Below, one piece after another: positions 36,946 to 50,910 of a stretch of DNA of 64,000 bases (position 1 is the first letter of the stretch; the number at the start of each line of letters is the position of its first letter). Both the position numbers and the translations under genes were made by a program. A model generated the notes under the pieces. It was given only the letters and a program-made list of their open reading frames with translations, was not told the DNA's origin and searched no databases. The stretch is from Pseudomonadales bacterium (GTDB lineage Bacteria; Pseudomonadota; Gammaproteobacteria; Pseudomonadales; UBA7239): positions 106,227-170,226 of the forward strand of contig JAWLAB010000004.1 in NCBI GenBank assembly GCA_041395665.1, read 5' to 3'.

Positions 36946-39737
36946 AGTGCTTGAATAACACCCATTTGTTCGCGCAATTTTTGCAACGAGCGCTCGTTGT
37001 CTGCCAATTTTTCGCGCTCTTTGGCAATCACTTCTGGCGGTGCTTTGGTGACAAAGCTGTCGTTCGATAATTTGCCTTGCTGTCGTTCGCAATCTTTTTG
37101 CAGTTTGTCGATTTCTTTTTGCAGTCGCGCAAGCTCTGCGTTTTTATCAATCAAATCACTCATCGGAATCAAAATTTCTAGCGTGCCGACCAGTGCAGTT
37201 GCTGCCAAGGGTGCTGCCGCGTCAGCCGTCAACCATTCGATGCTGGCGATATTGGCAAGCTTCATCAAAAATAATTGGTTGTCGGCGAGGCGTGTGCGGT
37301 CTTGTGCGTCACCATTGCGCAGCAGAACTGGCAGCGGTTTGCCCGGAGCGATATTCATTTCACCGCGAATATTGCGAATGCCGAGGATGACTTGTTGCAA
37401 CCAAGCGATATCCGCTTCTGCTTGTGCATCGGTTTTCTGTTCATTGGCTTGTGGATAGCGCGCTAACATAATGCTATTGCCTGCTGCTCCAGCTAATACT
37501 TTTACGCGCTGCCAAATTTCTTCGGTGATGAAAGGCATCATTGGATGCATCAAACGCAAGCTGGCTTCTAAAACGCGAATCAGTGTGCGACGAGTGCCGC
37601 GTTTTTGTGCTTCGCTGGCGTTGGCATCATTCAAAACGGGTTTCGATAATTCCAAATACCAGTCGCAGTATTCATTCCAGAAGAAGTCGTACACCGCTTG
37701 CGTGGCGAGATCAAAACGGAATTGTGCAATCGCTGCAGCAATCGTTTTCTCAGCTTGCTGTAAGCGCGATACAATCCAGCGATCTGCTAAAGACAGCGTG
37801 TAATCCGTTGATCCGTCCTGTGCGCAATTTTGCTCTTCGCAATTCATCAACACATAGCGCGAAGCATTCCAAATTTTGTTGCAGAAGTTGCGGAAGCCTT
37901 CGATGCGACCGACATCAAATTTAATATCGCGTCCGGTAGAAGCGAGCGATAAAAAGGTGAAGCGCAGCGCGTCGGTGCCGTAGGCGTTGAGGCCGTCTGG
38001 AAATTCTTTGCGCGTGGCTTTTTCAATTTTTTCTGCCAGTTGCGGCTGCATCATGCCGGTGGTGCGTTTGGCGACCAGTGCTTCCAGCTCAATGCCGTCA
38101 ATCAAGTCGATAGGGTCTAACACATTGCCTTTCGACTTGGACATTTTTTGTCCTTGTGCGTCGCGCACCAAGCCGTGTACATATACAGTTTTGAATGGCA
38201 CTTGCGGCGTACCGTCATCATTTTTCATGAAGTGCGTCGTCATCATGATCATACGCGCAACCCAGAAGAAAATGATGTCAAAGCCGGTGACTAACACATC
38301 GGTCGGGTGGAAAGTTTTTAATTCAGGCGTGTTGTTTGGCCAGCCGAGCGTGGAGAAAGTCCACAGTGCAGAAGAAAACCAGGTGTCGAGTACATCGTCG
38401 TCTTGGCGCAGTGCAATGTCATTGCCGAGTGCGTGCTTGGCGCGCACTTCTTGTTCGTTACGGCCGACAAAAACATTGCCGTTATCGTCATACCACGCAG
38501 GAATGCGATGCCCCCACCACAGCTGGCGCGAGATACACCAATCTTGAATATCGCGCATCCAAGAAAAATACATATTTTCGTATTGCTTGGGCACGAATTG
38601 AATGCGTCCGTCTTCAACGGCGGCGATGGCTTCTTTTGCCAGTGGTTGTGTGGAGACATACCACTGATCCGTGAGCCAAGGCTCGATAACTACGCCTGAA
38701 CGATCACCGCGCGGCACTTTTAAAGTGTGCGGTTCAATTTTTTCTAACCAACCTTCGGTTTCTGCTTGTGCGACAATTTTTTTGCGTGCAGAAAAACGAT
38801 CCAACTGTTGATAGTCGTCAGGAATGCCGAGATCTGCTGCACAAACCGCAGCGTCGCGATCAAAAATATTGAACAGCGGTAAGTTGTGGCGTTTACCGAC
38901 TTCGTAATCATTAAAATCATGCGCGGGTGTAATTTTGACAACGCCGGTGCCGAATTCTTTATCGACATAATCGTCAGCGATGATGGGTACTAAGCGACCC
39001 GTAATCGGCAACTTCACTTGTTTGCCGATCAAATGTTTATAACGATCATCTTCAGGATGCACAGCGACAGCAGAATCACCCAGCATGGTTTCTGGGCGTG
39101 TGGTGGCGACAACCAGTACATCGTTAGTGCCATCGACGGGATAACGCAAATGCCACAGCGAACCTTTTTCTTCTTCGCTGATCACTTCCAAATCAGAAAT
39201 CGCGGTGTGAAGTTTTGGATCCCAATTCACGAGGCGCTTGCCGCGATAAATCAAACCGTCTTCATGCAAGCGCACAAACGCTTCTTTAACGGCTTCGGAT
39301 AAACCGTCGTCCATCGTGAAGCGTTCGCGCGACCAATCAACCGATGAACCGAGACGGCGAATTTGTTGCGTGATAGTGCCGCCGCTTTGCGCTTTCCACT
39401 CCCACACTTTTTCCAAAAACTTGTCGCGGCCGAGATCGTGGCGCGTGATGTTTTGCGCAGCGAGTTGTCGCTCCACCACCATTTGCGTTGCGATGCCGGC
39501 GTGGTCCGTGCCTGGCTGCCAAAGCGTGTTGCAGCCCAGCATGCGGTGGTAGCGGGTGAGGGTGTCCATCACCGCGTTGTTGAAGCCGTGACCCATGTGC
39601 AGGCTGCCGGTGACATTCGGCGGCGGAATCATGATGGTGTAGGGCGAACCCACGCCGGAAGGCTGGAAATAGCCCTGTGTTTCCCACTCGTTGTACCAGC
39701 GGGTTTCAATGGCGTGAGGTTGGTAGGTTTTATCCAT
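36942..39737 (-). CDS. valS: valyl-tRNA synthetase
   Basis: 931 aa. HIGH motif ([10 protein letters not shown]), KMSKS ([10 protein letters not shown]) and a C-terminal coiled coil. Confidence 0.97.
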   Translation of the reverse strand: MDKTYQPHAIETRWYNEWETQGYFQPSGVGSPYTIMIPPPNVTGSLHMGHGFNNAVMDTLTRYHRMLGCNTLWQPGTDHAGIATQMVVERQLAAQNITRHDLGRDKFLEKVWEWKAQSGGTITQQIRRLGSSVDWSRERFTMDDGLSEAVKEAFVRLHEDGLIYRGKRLVNWDPKLHTAISDLEVISEEEKGSLWHLRYPVDGTNDVLVVATTRPETMLGDSAVAVHPEDDRYKHLIGKQVKLPITGRLVPIIADDYVDKEFGTGVVKITPAHDFNDYEVGKRHNLPLFNIFDRDAAVCAADLGIPDDYQQLDRFSARKKIVAQAETEGWLEKIEPHTLKVPRGDRSGVVIEPWLTDQWYVSTQPLAKEAIAAVEDGRIQFVPKQYENMYFSWMRDIQDWCISRQLWWGHRIPAWYDDNGNVFVGRNEQEVRAKHALGNDIALRQDDDVLDTWFSSALWTFSTLGWPNNTPELKTFHPTDVLVTGFDIIFFWVARMIMMTTHFMKNDDGTPQVPFKTVYVHGLVRDAQGQKMSKSKGNVLDPIDLIDGIELEALVAKRTTGMMQPQLAEKIEKATRKEFPDGLNAYGTDALRFTFLSLASTGRDIKFDVGRIEGFRNFCNKIWNASRYVLMNCEEQNCAQDGSTDYTLSLADRWIVSRLQQAEKTIAAAIAQFRFDLATQAVYDFFWNEYCDWYLELSKPVLNDANASEAQKRGTRRTLIRVLEASLRLMHPMMPFITEEIWQRVKVLAGAAGNSIMLARYPQANEQKTDAQAEADIAWLQQVILGIRNIRGEMNIAPGKPLPVLLRNGDAQDRTRLADNQLFLMKLANIASIEWLTADAAAPLAATALVGTLEILIPMSDLIDKNAELARLQKEIDKLQKDCERQQGKLSNDSFVTKAPPEVIAKEREKLADNERSLQKLREQMGVIQAL

Positions 39738-39874
39738 GGCGATAACGGCAAAAAAAGCAGAAAAATGGCCGCCGATTATACAGGGGGATGGGCGGCAGAA
39801 TGGCGCGGGTAGGTGTAGTGTGTTAGGTTTTGAGCATTCCTATGGGCTGCAGCAGTGCAGTGTGAGCCACGATT

Positions 39875-40885
39875 TTGAAAATCCTTGATCGCATCATTGA
39901 TATTGAATTGACCAACCGGTGCAACGCCACCTGTGATTTTTGCCCGCGCGAGAAAACGCCCAAGCAGGGCTTTATGAGCATGGAAATTTTCGACAAAGTG
40001 ATTGATCGTGTGTTGGAGATGGGCGGTCACACCAAAGCATCGTTGACCGGTTTAGGCGAGCCGATGTTGCACCCGCATTTTTTAGAGTTTGTGACTCACG
40101 GCATTCAGCGAGGCTTGTGTGTTGATATTGTTTCCAACGGCTCACGCCTGACGCCTGCGCTGACAGCTGGTTTATTGGATGCCGGATTAAAAACAATCGC
40201 ATTCAGTGTCAGTGATATTGGCGAAGCCTATGACCGTGTTTACGGTCTGCCTTTTGCGGTGACGCGCGACAATATTGTGGATTTTATTGCGCAATCGCGC
40301 GGCCGCTGTCATGTTCAAATCACCGTTGTGCGCCATGATGATAACGCACAGCAAATTGATGAGATTGTGCAGTTTTGGCAACATGCTGGTGCAGATTATG
40401 TGCATGTAACGCGCGAAGAAAACCGCGGCGGCTCACACGATAAACCGTTTCAATTTTTGGATAACCGCAAGCATTGGCGTGAAGCCGTCAATATTTTGCA
40501 CAACAAAGGTTTTACCGAGTTGTGCGCCATCGCTTTTTATTCAGTTTTTATTGGCTGGAATGGTCAGTATTACCTGTGTTGCCAAGATTGGGAAAAGAAA
40601 ACACCGTTGGGTTCAATCTATGATTTTTCTATCGAAGACATGGATGCCTTAAAGCTAGGGCACAATCGCAAGCAAAAAGGCATTTGCCAGACTTGCAGCA
40701 TGAACCCTATCAATGAATTGCGTGAAGTGTTGTTCGATATCGAGCAGGGGTTGCGCGGTCGTTTTGCGATTGCGAATAAAGTTAACAGTTTGTGTACTGG
40801 CGCACAACGATTAGAAAAATTGACGCAGGTGCTGCGAGAGCATGGCGAGTTGAATCAGCAGCTTATTGCTGTATCTGAAGATTAA
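39875..40885 (+). CDS. radical SAM protein with twitch/partial-SPASM C-terminal Cys motif, function unknown
   Basis: N-terminal CNATCDFC (CxxxCxxC). The C-terminal C-x12-G-x4-C (ELCAIAFYSVFIGWNGQYYLC) plus CQTC gives four auxiliary Cys. TTG start. Confidence 0.7.
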   Translation: MKILDRIIDIELTNRCNATCDFCPREKTPKQGFMSMEIFDKVIDRVLEMGGHTKASLTGLGEPMLHPHFLEFVTHGIQRGLCVDIVSNGSRLTPALTAGLLDAGLKTIAFSVSDIGEAYDRVYGLPFAVTRDNIVDFIAQSRGRCHVQITVVRHDDNAQQIDEIVQFWQHAGADYVHVTREENRGGSHDKPFQFLDNRKHWREAVNILHNKGFTELCAIAFYSVFIGWNGQYYLCCQDWEKKTPLGSIYDFSIEDMDALKLGHNRKQKGICQTCSMNPINELREVLFDIEQGLRGRFAIANKVNSLCTGAQRLEKLTQVLREHGELNQQLIAVSED

Positions 40886-40888
40886 AAA

Positions 40889-42889
40889 TTATCGCCCCGC
40901 ATGCGTCTGCACCAACTCGCGAATCACAAAACGCGCTGGCGCCAGCGCCTGTTGAATTTCGCGCGGCAGGGGTCGCGGCTCGTGCAGCATTTGTGCGGCT
41001 AACAATTCTGCGGCGAGAGGAATGTAGCAAAGCCCGCGCCCGCCAAATCCTGTCAAAAGCCATAAACCATCTACATAACTGCCTGCTTGATTGATCACGG
41101 CTTTCGCGTTGTGGCGCAACTTTGCATAGTGCTGCAAGAAAATATCGCGATTTGGCAGTGCGCCTACCATCGGCAAATGATCGGGTGTTGTGCAGCGCAG
41201 TGCCGCGCGACCTTGTAGTTCGATATTGTTCCAGTGCTCGTGCAATGCAGGAGAAATATCGCGCAGTAAATTCAGATTGTGTTGCTGCTCGTTGAGTCGT
41301 AACTCGGCGCTGGTATCGTCCGGCACAAAACTCGCACCGAGACAGTGTTGCTGCTGGTGTGCAGGCGTGAGATAGCCTTCATCGCAAACAACGCAGCGCA
41401 ATGTCTGGCTTATTTTCGAGGCGGGAAGTGTGGTGATTTGCCCGCGCACTGCGCGCAGTGGCAGCCATTGTGTTTGTGAAAAACGCGCAGAGGCTTGTGC
41501 GCAAGCAATAACAAGGTGCGCGCTGGCATCAATCAAGTTTTTTTGTGAGTCAAACAGTTCCCATGTCGTTTGCTCGCGCTGGATGTCGCTGATAGTGCAA
41601 TCAAAACGCGTTTCAATCATTGGATGGTCGAGTAGTTTTTTGCATAACCGTTGTGGGTCTATCCAGCCTGATTGTGGCAACCACCAGCCGCCGCGTGTGA
41701 GTGCAATACCGCTTTTTTTGGATGCTTCTTTGCCGTCAATCCAATGCGCGAACTCTGGGTTGTTGGATAAAAAATGTGCGAGGTTTTGATCGTGTTTTTC
41801 TGTAAGTTGTAGTAAGCCGCAAGCAGAAAATACATCGCGCAGTGCAGGTTGCTGATAGTGGCGCAACGCGTATTGCAAACTGCTGATGCCAAACTGCGTC
41901 AAAACAGCGTTGTTGGCAGAGAGTTTGGTGTACAGCGCGCCCTGTGGGTTACCGGAGGCTTCTTGCGCTGGGGCTGCGTGTTGATCAATCACTGTGACGC
42001 GGATATTGCGTGCAGCCAAAGTGCGTGCGATATGGCATCCCGCTAGCCCTGCGCCAATCACAATCACGCGTTCTGGTTTTGTTTGAATGTTGCTATGGCT
42101 TAGCCACGGCGTTTCTGGTTGTAAAAATAGCGTTGATTTTTTTTCGATCAATGTCGCGGTGAGCATTTCGCGTTTTCGACCGTAGCCTGCCACTTTGGCA
42201 ACAGAAAATCCAAGCGTAGTTAATTCGCGGCGCACTTGTCCTACGGCAGTGAATGTTGCGAGTGTTGTGCCTACTTTGGATAAGGCAGCTATTTGAGTGA
42301 GCAGTGTGTCTTGCCACAGTTGCGGGTTTTTTGCTGGTGCAAAGCCATCCAAAAACCACGCATCAACAGCCCAAGGATCATTTTCTATAACAGCGTTTTG
42401 TGCGTCAGCTAATTGCGGCAGTGTTTCATTGGCATCGCCCAACAACAATAAAAGCGTGATGCGACCGTTAGCAAGTTTTACGCTGTGAAAGCCAGGTGTC
42501 AGCGCGGGATAGTTCAGCAGCAACTCATCAGACAGTGGTTTTATTTCGCTCCAGTGTGAAAGTGCGTGCGATAAATCTGGCTGAGTGAGTGGATGTAATT
42601 CAGTGGAAATAAAAAAAAGCTGCGCATCTTTAGGTGCTGTTTCTAGCCAAAGTTGCCAAGCGAGTAAAAAATTTAACCCCGTGCCAAAGCCGGTTTCGCC
42701 AATCACAAAAATGGATTTTTCTGACAGTTGCTGCCAGCGTTCGCGCAACTGATTGCTTGCTAAAAAAACATGGAGCGATTCATCTAAACCGTTATCGCGC
42801 GAGAAATAAATATCGCCAAAATCCACAGCTTCGGGTGTGTCATTTTGCCAATGCAGCTTTGCAGGAATGAGCGGTTGTCGTATCGACAT
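40889..42889 (-). CDS. mnmC: bifunctional tRNA mnm5s2U34 methyltransferase / FAD-dependent cmnm5s2U34 oxidoreductase
   Basis: 666 aa. The N-terminal SAM-MTase domain (DVYFS...GFGTGLNFL) is fused to a DAO-type FAD domain (VIVIGAGLAGC). Confidence 0.85.
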   Translation of the reverse strand: MSIRQPLIPAKLHWQNDTPEAVDFGDIYFSRDNGLDESLHVFLASNQLRERWQQLSEKSIFVIGETGFGTGLNFLLAWQLWLETAPKDAQLFFISTELHPLTQPDLSHALSHWSEIKPLSDELLLNYPALTPGFHSVKLANGRITLLLLLGDANETLPQLADAQNAVIENDPWAVDAWFLDGFAPAKNPQLWQDTLLTQIAALSKVGTTLATFTAVGQVRRELTTLGFSVAKVAGYGRKREMLTATLIEKKSTLFLQPETPWLSHSNIQTKPERVIVIGAGLAGCHIARTLAARNIRVTVIDQHAAPAQEASGNPQGALYTKLSANNAVLTQFGISSLQYALRHYQQPALRDVFSACGLLQLTEKHDQNLAHFLSNNPEFAHWIDGKEASKKSGIALTRGGWWLPQSGWIDPQRLCKKLLDHPMIETRFDCTISDIQREQTTWELFDSQKNLIDASAHLVIACAQASARFSQTQWLPLRAVRGQITTLPASKISQTLRCVVCDEGYLTPAHQQQHCLGASFVPDDTSAELRLNEQQHNLNLLRDISPALHEHWNNIELQGRAALRCTTPDHLPMVGALPNRDIFLQHYAKLRHNAKAVINQAGSYVDGLWLLTGFGGRGLCYIPLAAELLAAQMLHEPRPLPREIQQALAPARFVIRELVQTHAGR

Positions 42890-42913
42890 GTTTCGGTAAG
42901 GAGAAATAATTTG

Positions 42914-43924
42914 TTACAGCGGCGTTGCTGTTTGCCCACAGACAAGTAGACACAGCGACTCCATGACATCCCATGGGTCGCGGCCAGTCATGCCCTTAAC
43001 AGACTGATCAACCTGTGCCATGCACTGTACGATTTGGCGTGTATGTGCAGGCTTTAAGCGTTGTAGTGCACGATTAAATACAGGCTGGCGTTTTTCCCAT
43101 ACACCCAATTGTCGCATCACATTGTTTGCTGATACACCGTTGGCAATCATCTCACCGGCTGTCGCCAACTGGCGCAGTTCGCGTGTTAATGCACCCAATA
43201 CTGCCAGTGCATTGCTACCTTCTTGTTTCAGTGTGTACAAGATTTTTAGGGCGTACGCAGTGTCACCATTGAGCAGCGCATCATTGAGCGTAAAAATATC
43301 GTAATGCGCGTGATCGCCCGCACTGGCTTCAACTTGTTCTACGCTGATATTGGTTGAGCCAAATTGCAGTGCTAATTTTTCAATTTCTTGTGTGGCAGCG
43401 AGTAGATTGCCTTCGGTGCGTTCGACTAACAAATTGAGTGCATCCGGCGATAAAGCAAGAGATTTTTTGCGCGCACGATCAGCGAGCCACTGTGGAAAAC
43501 GCGCTTGATCCAGCGGTGTAATGGGTACAAAAGCGCAAGCTTGTTCCATCGCTTTGAACCACTGCGTTTTTTGGCTGGCGCTCTCAACTTTGTCGGTGTA
43601 GATCAACAGCAGGCTGTCACTGCTGGGGCGTTCTAAATATTCCAAGAGCAACGCGTGGTCTAATTTGCTCACTGAAGTGCGAATATCAATCAAACAGCGA
43701 TCGGCGAACAGTGAAAGCGCGTTAGCTTCAGCAATCACTTCCTGCCACTGATCTTTTTTTTCAGGGTAAAAAACTTTGCGTTCCGTGTAGCCTTGTTTTA
43801 GTGCTGCTGCACGAACGGTGTCACAAGCTTCCTGTGCAAGTAGGGGTTCGTCGCCAGCAATCCAGTACAGAGCAGCTGGCGATTTTTCTAACTGTTGCGC
43901 CAGTCTTTCAGGGTAGATGCGCAC
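42914..43924 (-). CDS. holA: DNA polymerase III delta subunit
   Basis: 336 aa. N-terminus LYWIAGDEPLL. Conserved leuS-lptE-holA order. Confidence 0.85.
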   Translation of the reverse strand: MRIYPERLAQQLEKSPAALYWIAGDEPLLAQEACDTVRAAALKQGYTERKVFYPEKKDQWQEVIAEANALSLFADRCLIDIRTSVSKLDHALLLEYLERPSSDSLLLIYTDKVESASQKTQWFKAMEQACAFVPITPLDQARFPQWLADRARKKSLALSPDALNLLVERTEGNLLAATQEIEKLALQFGSTNISVEQVEASAGDHAHYDIFTLNDALLNGDTAYALKILYTLKQEGSNALAVLGALTRELRQLATAGEMIANGVSANNVMRQLGVWEKRQPVFNRALQRLKPAHTRQIVQCMAQVDQSVKGMTGRDPWDVMESLCLLVCGQTATPL

Positions 43925-43941
43925 AAGTTCGATTCAAAAAA

Positions 43942-44436
43942 TTACTTTTTTTCGCCAACTAAATAGTTGACGCGGCGAAGGATGTTAATGGCAAGTTCTT
44001 CATACGCTTCTTTTTTGATTAAGCTTGCCTCACGGTCCGTAGCCAGTCTGCGATTATTGCTGGGCTCGTAGGTGCGAACGACGCGTTCGGAGTTAGGCGG
44101 GATAATGGTTTCGCCTTGCGCGTTGGTGACAGTAAAACGAACAATCAATTCTATTTCGAACATGGCGGCGTTGATGTTGTCGTTGTAAGCCAACAAGTTT
44201 TGGCGCAACTCTTGGTCGATGATGGTCAGTGTTAGGCCGCTTGCATCGCCTTCTTTAATTTTTTGTCGTTGCATTTCTTTGCGTAAAGAGCGTTCCATTT
44301 CGCCGTAGGCTTGGCCTGAAAGAAGATTCAGTGATTGGATGTTGGCGACAGACTCATTGCTGCCACGCAAATGCCAGCCACAACCCGTGATGAAGAGTGA
44401 GCAGAGTGCGAGAGCGATTAAGTGACGGATTTTCAT
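43942..44436 (-). CDS. lptE: LPS-assembly lipoprotein LptE
   Basis: Lipobox ITGCGWHLRG is typical of LptE/RlpB. It lies immediately downstream of leuS. Confidence 0.85.
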   Translation of the reverse strand: MKIRHLIALALCSLFITGCGWHLRGSNESVANIQSLNLLSGQAYGEMERSLRKEMQRQKIKEGDASGLTLTIIDQELRQNLLAYNDNINAAMFEIELIVRFTVTNAQGETIIPPNSERVVRTYEPSNNRRLATDREASLIKKEAYEELAINILRRVNYLVGEKK

Positions 44437-44439
44437 GTG

Positions 44440-46883
<2,444 letters not shown>

Positions 46884-46955
46884 TTAAGAGGCGATTATAG
46901 AGGATTGTGCTCGCGAGAGCAGATGGTCGCGTTTATGCTCGGATAACAACAGGGT

Positions 46956-48720
46956 ATGGGATATGCACAATCAGCAATCGCGTTCTAGCGGCGTGTCCTG
47001 TGCAGCACGGTGCTATTTTCTTTCCGCTTCGCATTGCGTATAGGTGATATGACCGTGACATTCCGCGGATGTTTACGCCGCCACCATCATGTCGGCTTTT
47101 ATGTTGGGCATGGGGGTGGGGAGTTTGGTAGGCGGTTATTTGGCCGGTAGGCTCAGAGCCCTTTCGTTGTTTGTTGTGGTTTGCTGCGGCAAAACTGGTG
47201 ATTGGTTGTTTGCAGTGAGCGCAATGGTTATACGATGTGCTCTATCGTAAACCTTTCCATGCGCTTCGACTGTTTCACTCGGCGCAGTGTTATTCCTCAG
47301 TTTTGCTGCCAACGTTTTGCATGGGCATCATGCCGCTGATCTAAGGTGGCGCGGGTGAAGCCCCAAAATGCGCATGGCTGTACGCATTGAATACGCTGGG
47401 TGCGGGTTGGTGCGCGGTGGCTTAATTTTGGTCCAATGCATTGAATCAGCTTGCAGATTGGTGCGTTGATCAATGCGGCATGTGTGCATTATTGCTGGCT
47501 GCAGCGTTCCAGTTGATCGTAGGCGCGGTTCGCAAAATCGAACGGCAGTCAGTTTCTTTTCGCACATGATTGATTTACCCCTGTGGATTTGTCGCGGGTT
47601 TAAGCAATCGTTTTTTCGCGTGCTGTGATGCTGAAGTCCCTCGTTTATTCGTATTTTACTGCCAATTTTTTAACCGGATTGGCGTTGAACTGTGTTGGGT
47701 TTATTGTTTGCGACCCAGCCGAACAGCGGTTTTGTTGTTACAGGTGAGCATTGCCAGCTATGCCGTATTGTCTATCGCGGCGCTGATACATTTTGTAGAT
47801 CAGTGGCCATCATTGAGTATTTTGTGTTTTCACACCGATTAATTTGCTTTTGATTTGTTACCACACTTTGTGGCACTGTATTTTGTGGTGGTGCCGTTCT
47901 TGAACCGCCGACATCCAGCTTCTACAGAAAACAATCTGAATGAATAGGTCTGACGCTCGGCGCCTTCCGCCATGGGTTCAACACTGGGCGCGATTGTGGT
48001 CGGTTTGTTTTCATTACATGGCAGTGCAGGAACAAAATTTTATTGGTATGCTCGCTGTATTGGTTTTGGTAGTGAAGTGATGCGCTGTGAAAAAGCGGCA
48101 TCATTATTGCGGGTATCCATGGTGGTTTGGGTTTTTATGGTTTGCCCCAGCAGATGTGCTTGGGCAAACTGCACGTCCAATGCGATTTTTGCACGGAAAC
48201 ATTTCGCTTTATTGAGGCAATATCAGCGCGCGCGAACCGCCTTTTTGGAGTTCACACAAAGTGTGCTTATGGGATATTCGGCGCTGAGTATGGTGTGCGA
48301 TGCTGCACCGCTATCGGTTTAGGCTCAGGTAATACCTTGTGCTTCTGGCGTAGGCCAGAATAAAGCAAGTCATTTCCACGATATTGACGCGATATGCAGC
48401 AGAAAGCCGTGCAAAGACACAACGTAGGCGTTAATCTGGCGATGCGCGTGCCTGGTTGAGCGCAGTGATAAAAAATCGAATTACGAAACCGATGCCTTGC
48501 GCTTTTATGCCGTATGCAGAGCATTTGTTTCCAAAGTATTTTTCGTTGTTGCCGATCATTTTGAAGCCCGGCGGCTATGCGGTGATTTCCCTGAACATTC
48601 AAATTTCGTGAGTGCGTTTCCACACAAATTTTTTATGTTTATCGGCAGCAACGACCGATTGCAATTGATAAGGCACAGTCTGTGGGCCAGTGCAGTTTAC
48701 ACCAGTGCGCATCAATCCTG
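46956..48720 (+). pseudogene. fused MFS-like membrane domain / spermidine-synthase-like protein, multiply frameshifted as sequenced
   Basis: Fragments ATIMSAFMLGMGVGSLVGGYLAGRL (about 47080-47155), GSTLGAIVVGLF (47972...), GDARAWLSAV (48440-48469) and LKPGGYAVISLN (48562-48598) lie in different frames. The ends are approximate. Confidence 0.55.
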
Positions 48721-48776
48721 AACATTGAAACTTCCCAAATTGTGGATCCCACGATTGGACGCACCAGATTTGGACA

Positions 48777-49850
48777 TCAATCCGCTATTTGTTTCCCAAA
48801 GCATGTTTGAAACGAGTAGTCTCCGTCCATGCCTAAGCTGCCGCGATGGACAATGCCAGCAAGGGCTTGTTCATCGAAGCGTGTGATCGGCCGGATGCCG
48901 TGACAAAGGTTTGCCCAGCGCGAGTGTGATTGAGTAACCGCCATCGTGCAGTTAGCACTGTGGATCATGCGATACGAGCCGCAGGATGATTCAAAACCAT
49001 TTTTTATTGGTAAGCGTTTTGTAAAGAAGGTTTGGTCCACTGCTTGTCAGCTGCGATGTGCTCAAGGTTGCGTGGCTCTGTCGCCAGCTCACCCAATTCC
49101 AGTGCTGTACGAATGACTTTTGATTGTTGCCACGCGGCCATCAAATTATCGACGGCGCTGCGTGTTGATGCAAAACATGCATCAATGGAGAGTATGTCGC
49201 GAAATCATCCGGCCGGTGTCCAAACTCGCACATTTCTTGGCAAAATAATGCCTCGTCGCCTATGCGGTTCCCCAGTGTGCCACGACTGCGGGCAAATACA
49301 CGTAAGCAGCTGCAGTATGTGATCTTCTCGCGTGTGAAAATCGCGCAGCAATTTAATTTTCTCATTGTTTTGCAGCGGCGTGTTTTCATCGCAGGCTTGC
49401 CCAATTTGCCAGCGGCGTTTGCCAGAAGCTTGCAATAAAAACACATCGTAATAATCAAAGTGCGGTTACGCCGTTGTGTAGCTCACCATGTGTCATCTAA
49501 ACGCCAGCGCGGTAAAAATTGAAAATGTTTCAATAGATTTTGTACATCGGGTATCCATTGATCGACGGATTGCACCAGCAGTGAATGTGTTGTGGCAGTG
49601 TGCAAAACGCTGTTCATCAAAGTATTGTTCACTGAGGTTTGCTGAGCGTCGCTGATTATCGTGCATCGCTATCGGATTCACAGGCAATGCCAGCGAGATC
49701 ATCGCCATCAATAATGCCGAGCTTCGGCAATTGCGTATCCGCGTTGTTGTTGCCAATTGTTTCAATAAATTGTGCGTTAGCGGCCGTAATGAGATGGATG
49801 GCATTTGGCCTTTAGAGATCGATGCGTGTTATTATCGAGAAAATGTCATG
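48777..49850 (-). pseudogene. cupin-4/JmjC-type protein (RoxA/YcfD-like), multiply frameshifted as sequenced
   Basis: Fragments DDLAGIACESDSDAR, WRLDDTWVSY, HFDYYDVFLLQASGKRRWQIGQ and G...IGDEAL lie in successive frames on the minus strand. Confidence 0.55.
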
Positions 49851-50384
49851 AATAACGAAGCAGATATTGCAAAAATTCTATCCAAAGGTTTATTGCATCA
49901 CTGCATGGCGGTTGCTGTCAATTGCCCGTGGAGTGCGCCTGCCTGATTTGCTGCGTATGGGTTATGATGCGTTTGAAATGGATGACCGATCAAAACGCTT
50001 AACGCGAGCGGGCATTCACAATACCGCGAAGGTGTGTTCGCAACACTCCAGCGGCGATTGCTTGTATTTGGATCGCACGACGCGCCTGCTCGGCGCCATT
50101 CGCAATCATCAGTCGAGGCTGCCCGGTTTTTTGCGCATCGCAAGGATCATTCCTGAACTCGCCGCTGTGAAAAATCCAAATAACGCACTTGGCGTAATCG
50201 GCTGGTGTTGTTGGGCTTTCCAGGGTAAATCACCAGCTCAGAGATGGCTGCCCATAACAAATAACTGCCGACTGTGTGTAGCGTGGAGTCGCTGGTGATA
50301 AGCAAACAAGCCGAACGCCATACCGATCAGCAATTTTCACGGTGCGAGATATGTGGTTTCAACATGTCCCGCGCTAGTTAAGTA

Positions 50385-50735
50385 TCTAAATTATTGTGAT
50401 GATAAAACCGTTGCCGATTAAAAATGTTCCGCGTAATCAATCCAATATTGCCGCCGCTACATCAAAACGCCCTTGTCCGACATAAATGCCAGCGTGATCG
50501 GGCTTGCTGCACGCTATAACTACGAGTGGTGAAGGTTGTGCTATCACAGTCGGATACGGCAGTGAAACTCATGCATTTACCGTACGCGGCAAATGAATAT
50601 CTGCGCTGTTGAGAAATACGTTGAATGAGCCGCTGCAATCAAAACCACCTTTGCATTCACGCCAGCCCACACTTGTTGCATGCGCCAAAGGCCACTTGCT
50701 GGCTTGCGGAGACAGTTTGAACAATAGAAAAATCC
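50385..50735 (-). pseudogene. NlpC/P60 (C40) peptidoglycan endopeptidase domain protein, frameshifted as sequenced
   Basis: Minus-strand fragments KGGFDCSG (catalytic Cys), LPRT and PDHAGIYVGQGRF (catalytic His region) are split between frames. Confidence 0.55.
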
Positions 50736-50740
50736 GTAAT

Positions 50741-50775
50741 AAAAAACCCGCAACTTCTGCGTTGCTGCGGGTTTT
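50741..50775 (-). terminator. rho-independent terminator downstream of the Sel1-repeat gene (minus strand)
   Basis: The minus-strand reading is AACCCGCAGCAAC-gcagaa-GTTGCGGGTT followed by TTTTATT. Confidence 0.55.
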
Positions 50776-50910
50776 GCGGCAATGTCACGTTATTTTTCTT
50801 GTGATTTTGTTTCCTGCTTTTTTTTGGCCTTTTAGCAGCCTTTGTTCGGCAATTTTTTAGCCATGCTCTCCTGCTGGCATTTAGCATGCTGCCCATGTTC
50901 AAATGATTTT

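Noticed and set aside
36997-39812. Multiple 60-190 aa plus-strand ORFs within valS.
   Set aside because: They are shadow ORFs opposite a 931-aa synthetase that has the HIGH and KMSKS motifs.
39842-39865. A 7-codon ORF (MGCSSAV) 10 nt upstream of the twitch/SPASM radical SAM gene, as a possible substrate peptide.
   Set aside because: It is far too short for a leader-core precursor and has no RBS. The sequence is better explained as a small hairpin (CTGCA-gcag-TGCAG) in the valS/radical SAM divergent promoter region.
39875-40885. Assigning the twitch/SPASM radical SAM protein as the anaerobic sulfatase-maturating enzyme for the sulfatase at 1314-2810.
   Set aside because: It lies 37 kb away in an unrelated context. 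At 336 aa it is shorter than typical anSMEs, and it has only four auxiliary Cys rather than the two full auxiliary clusters of anSME.
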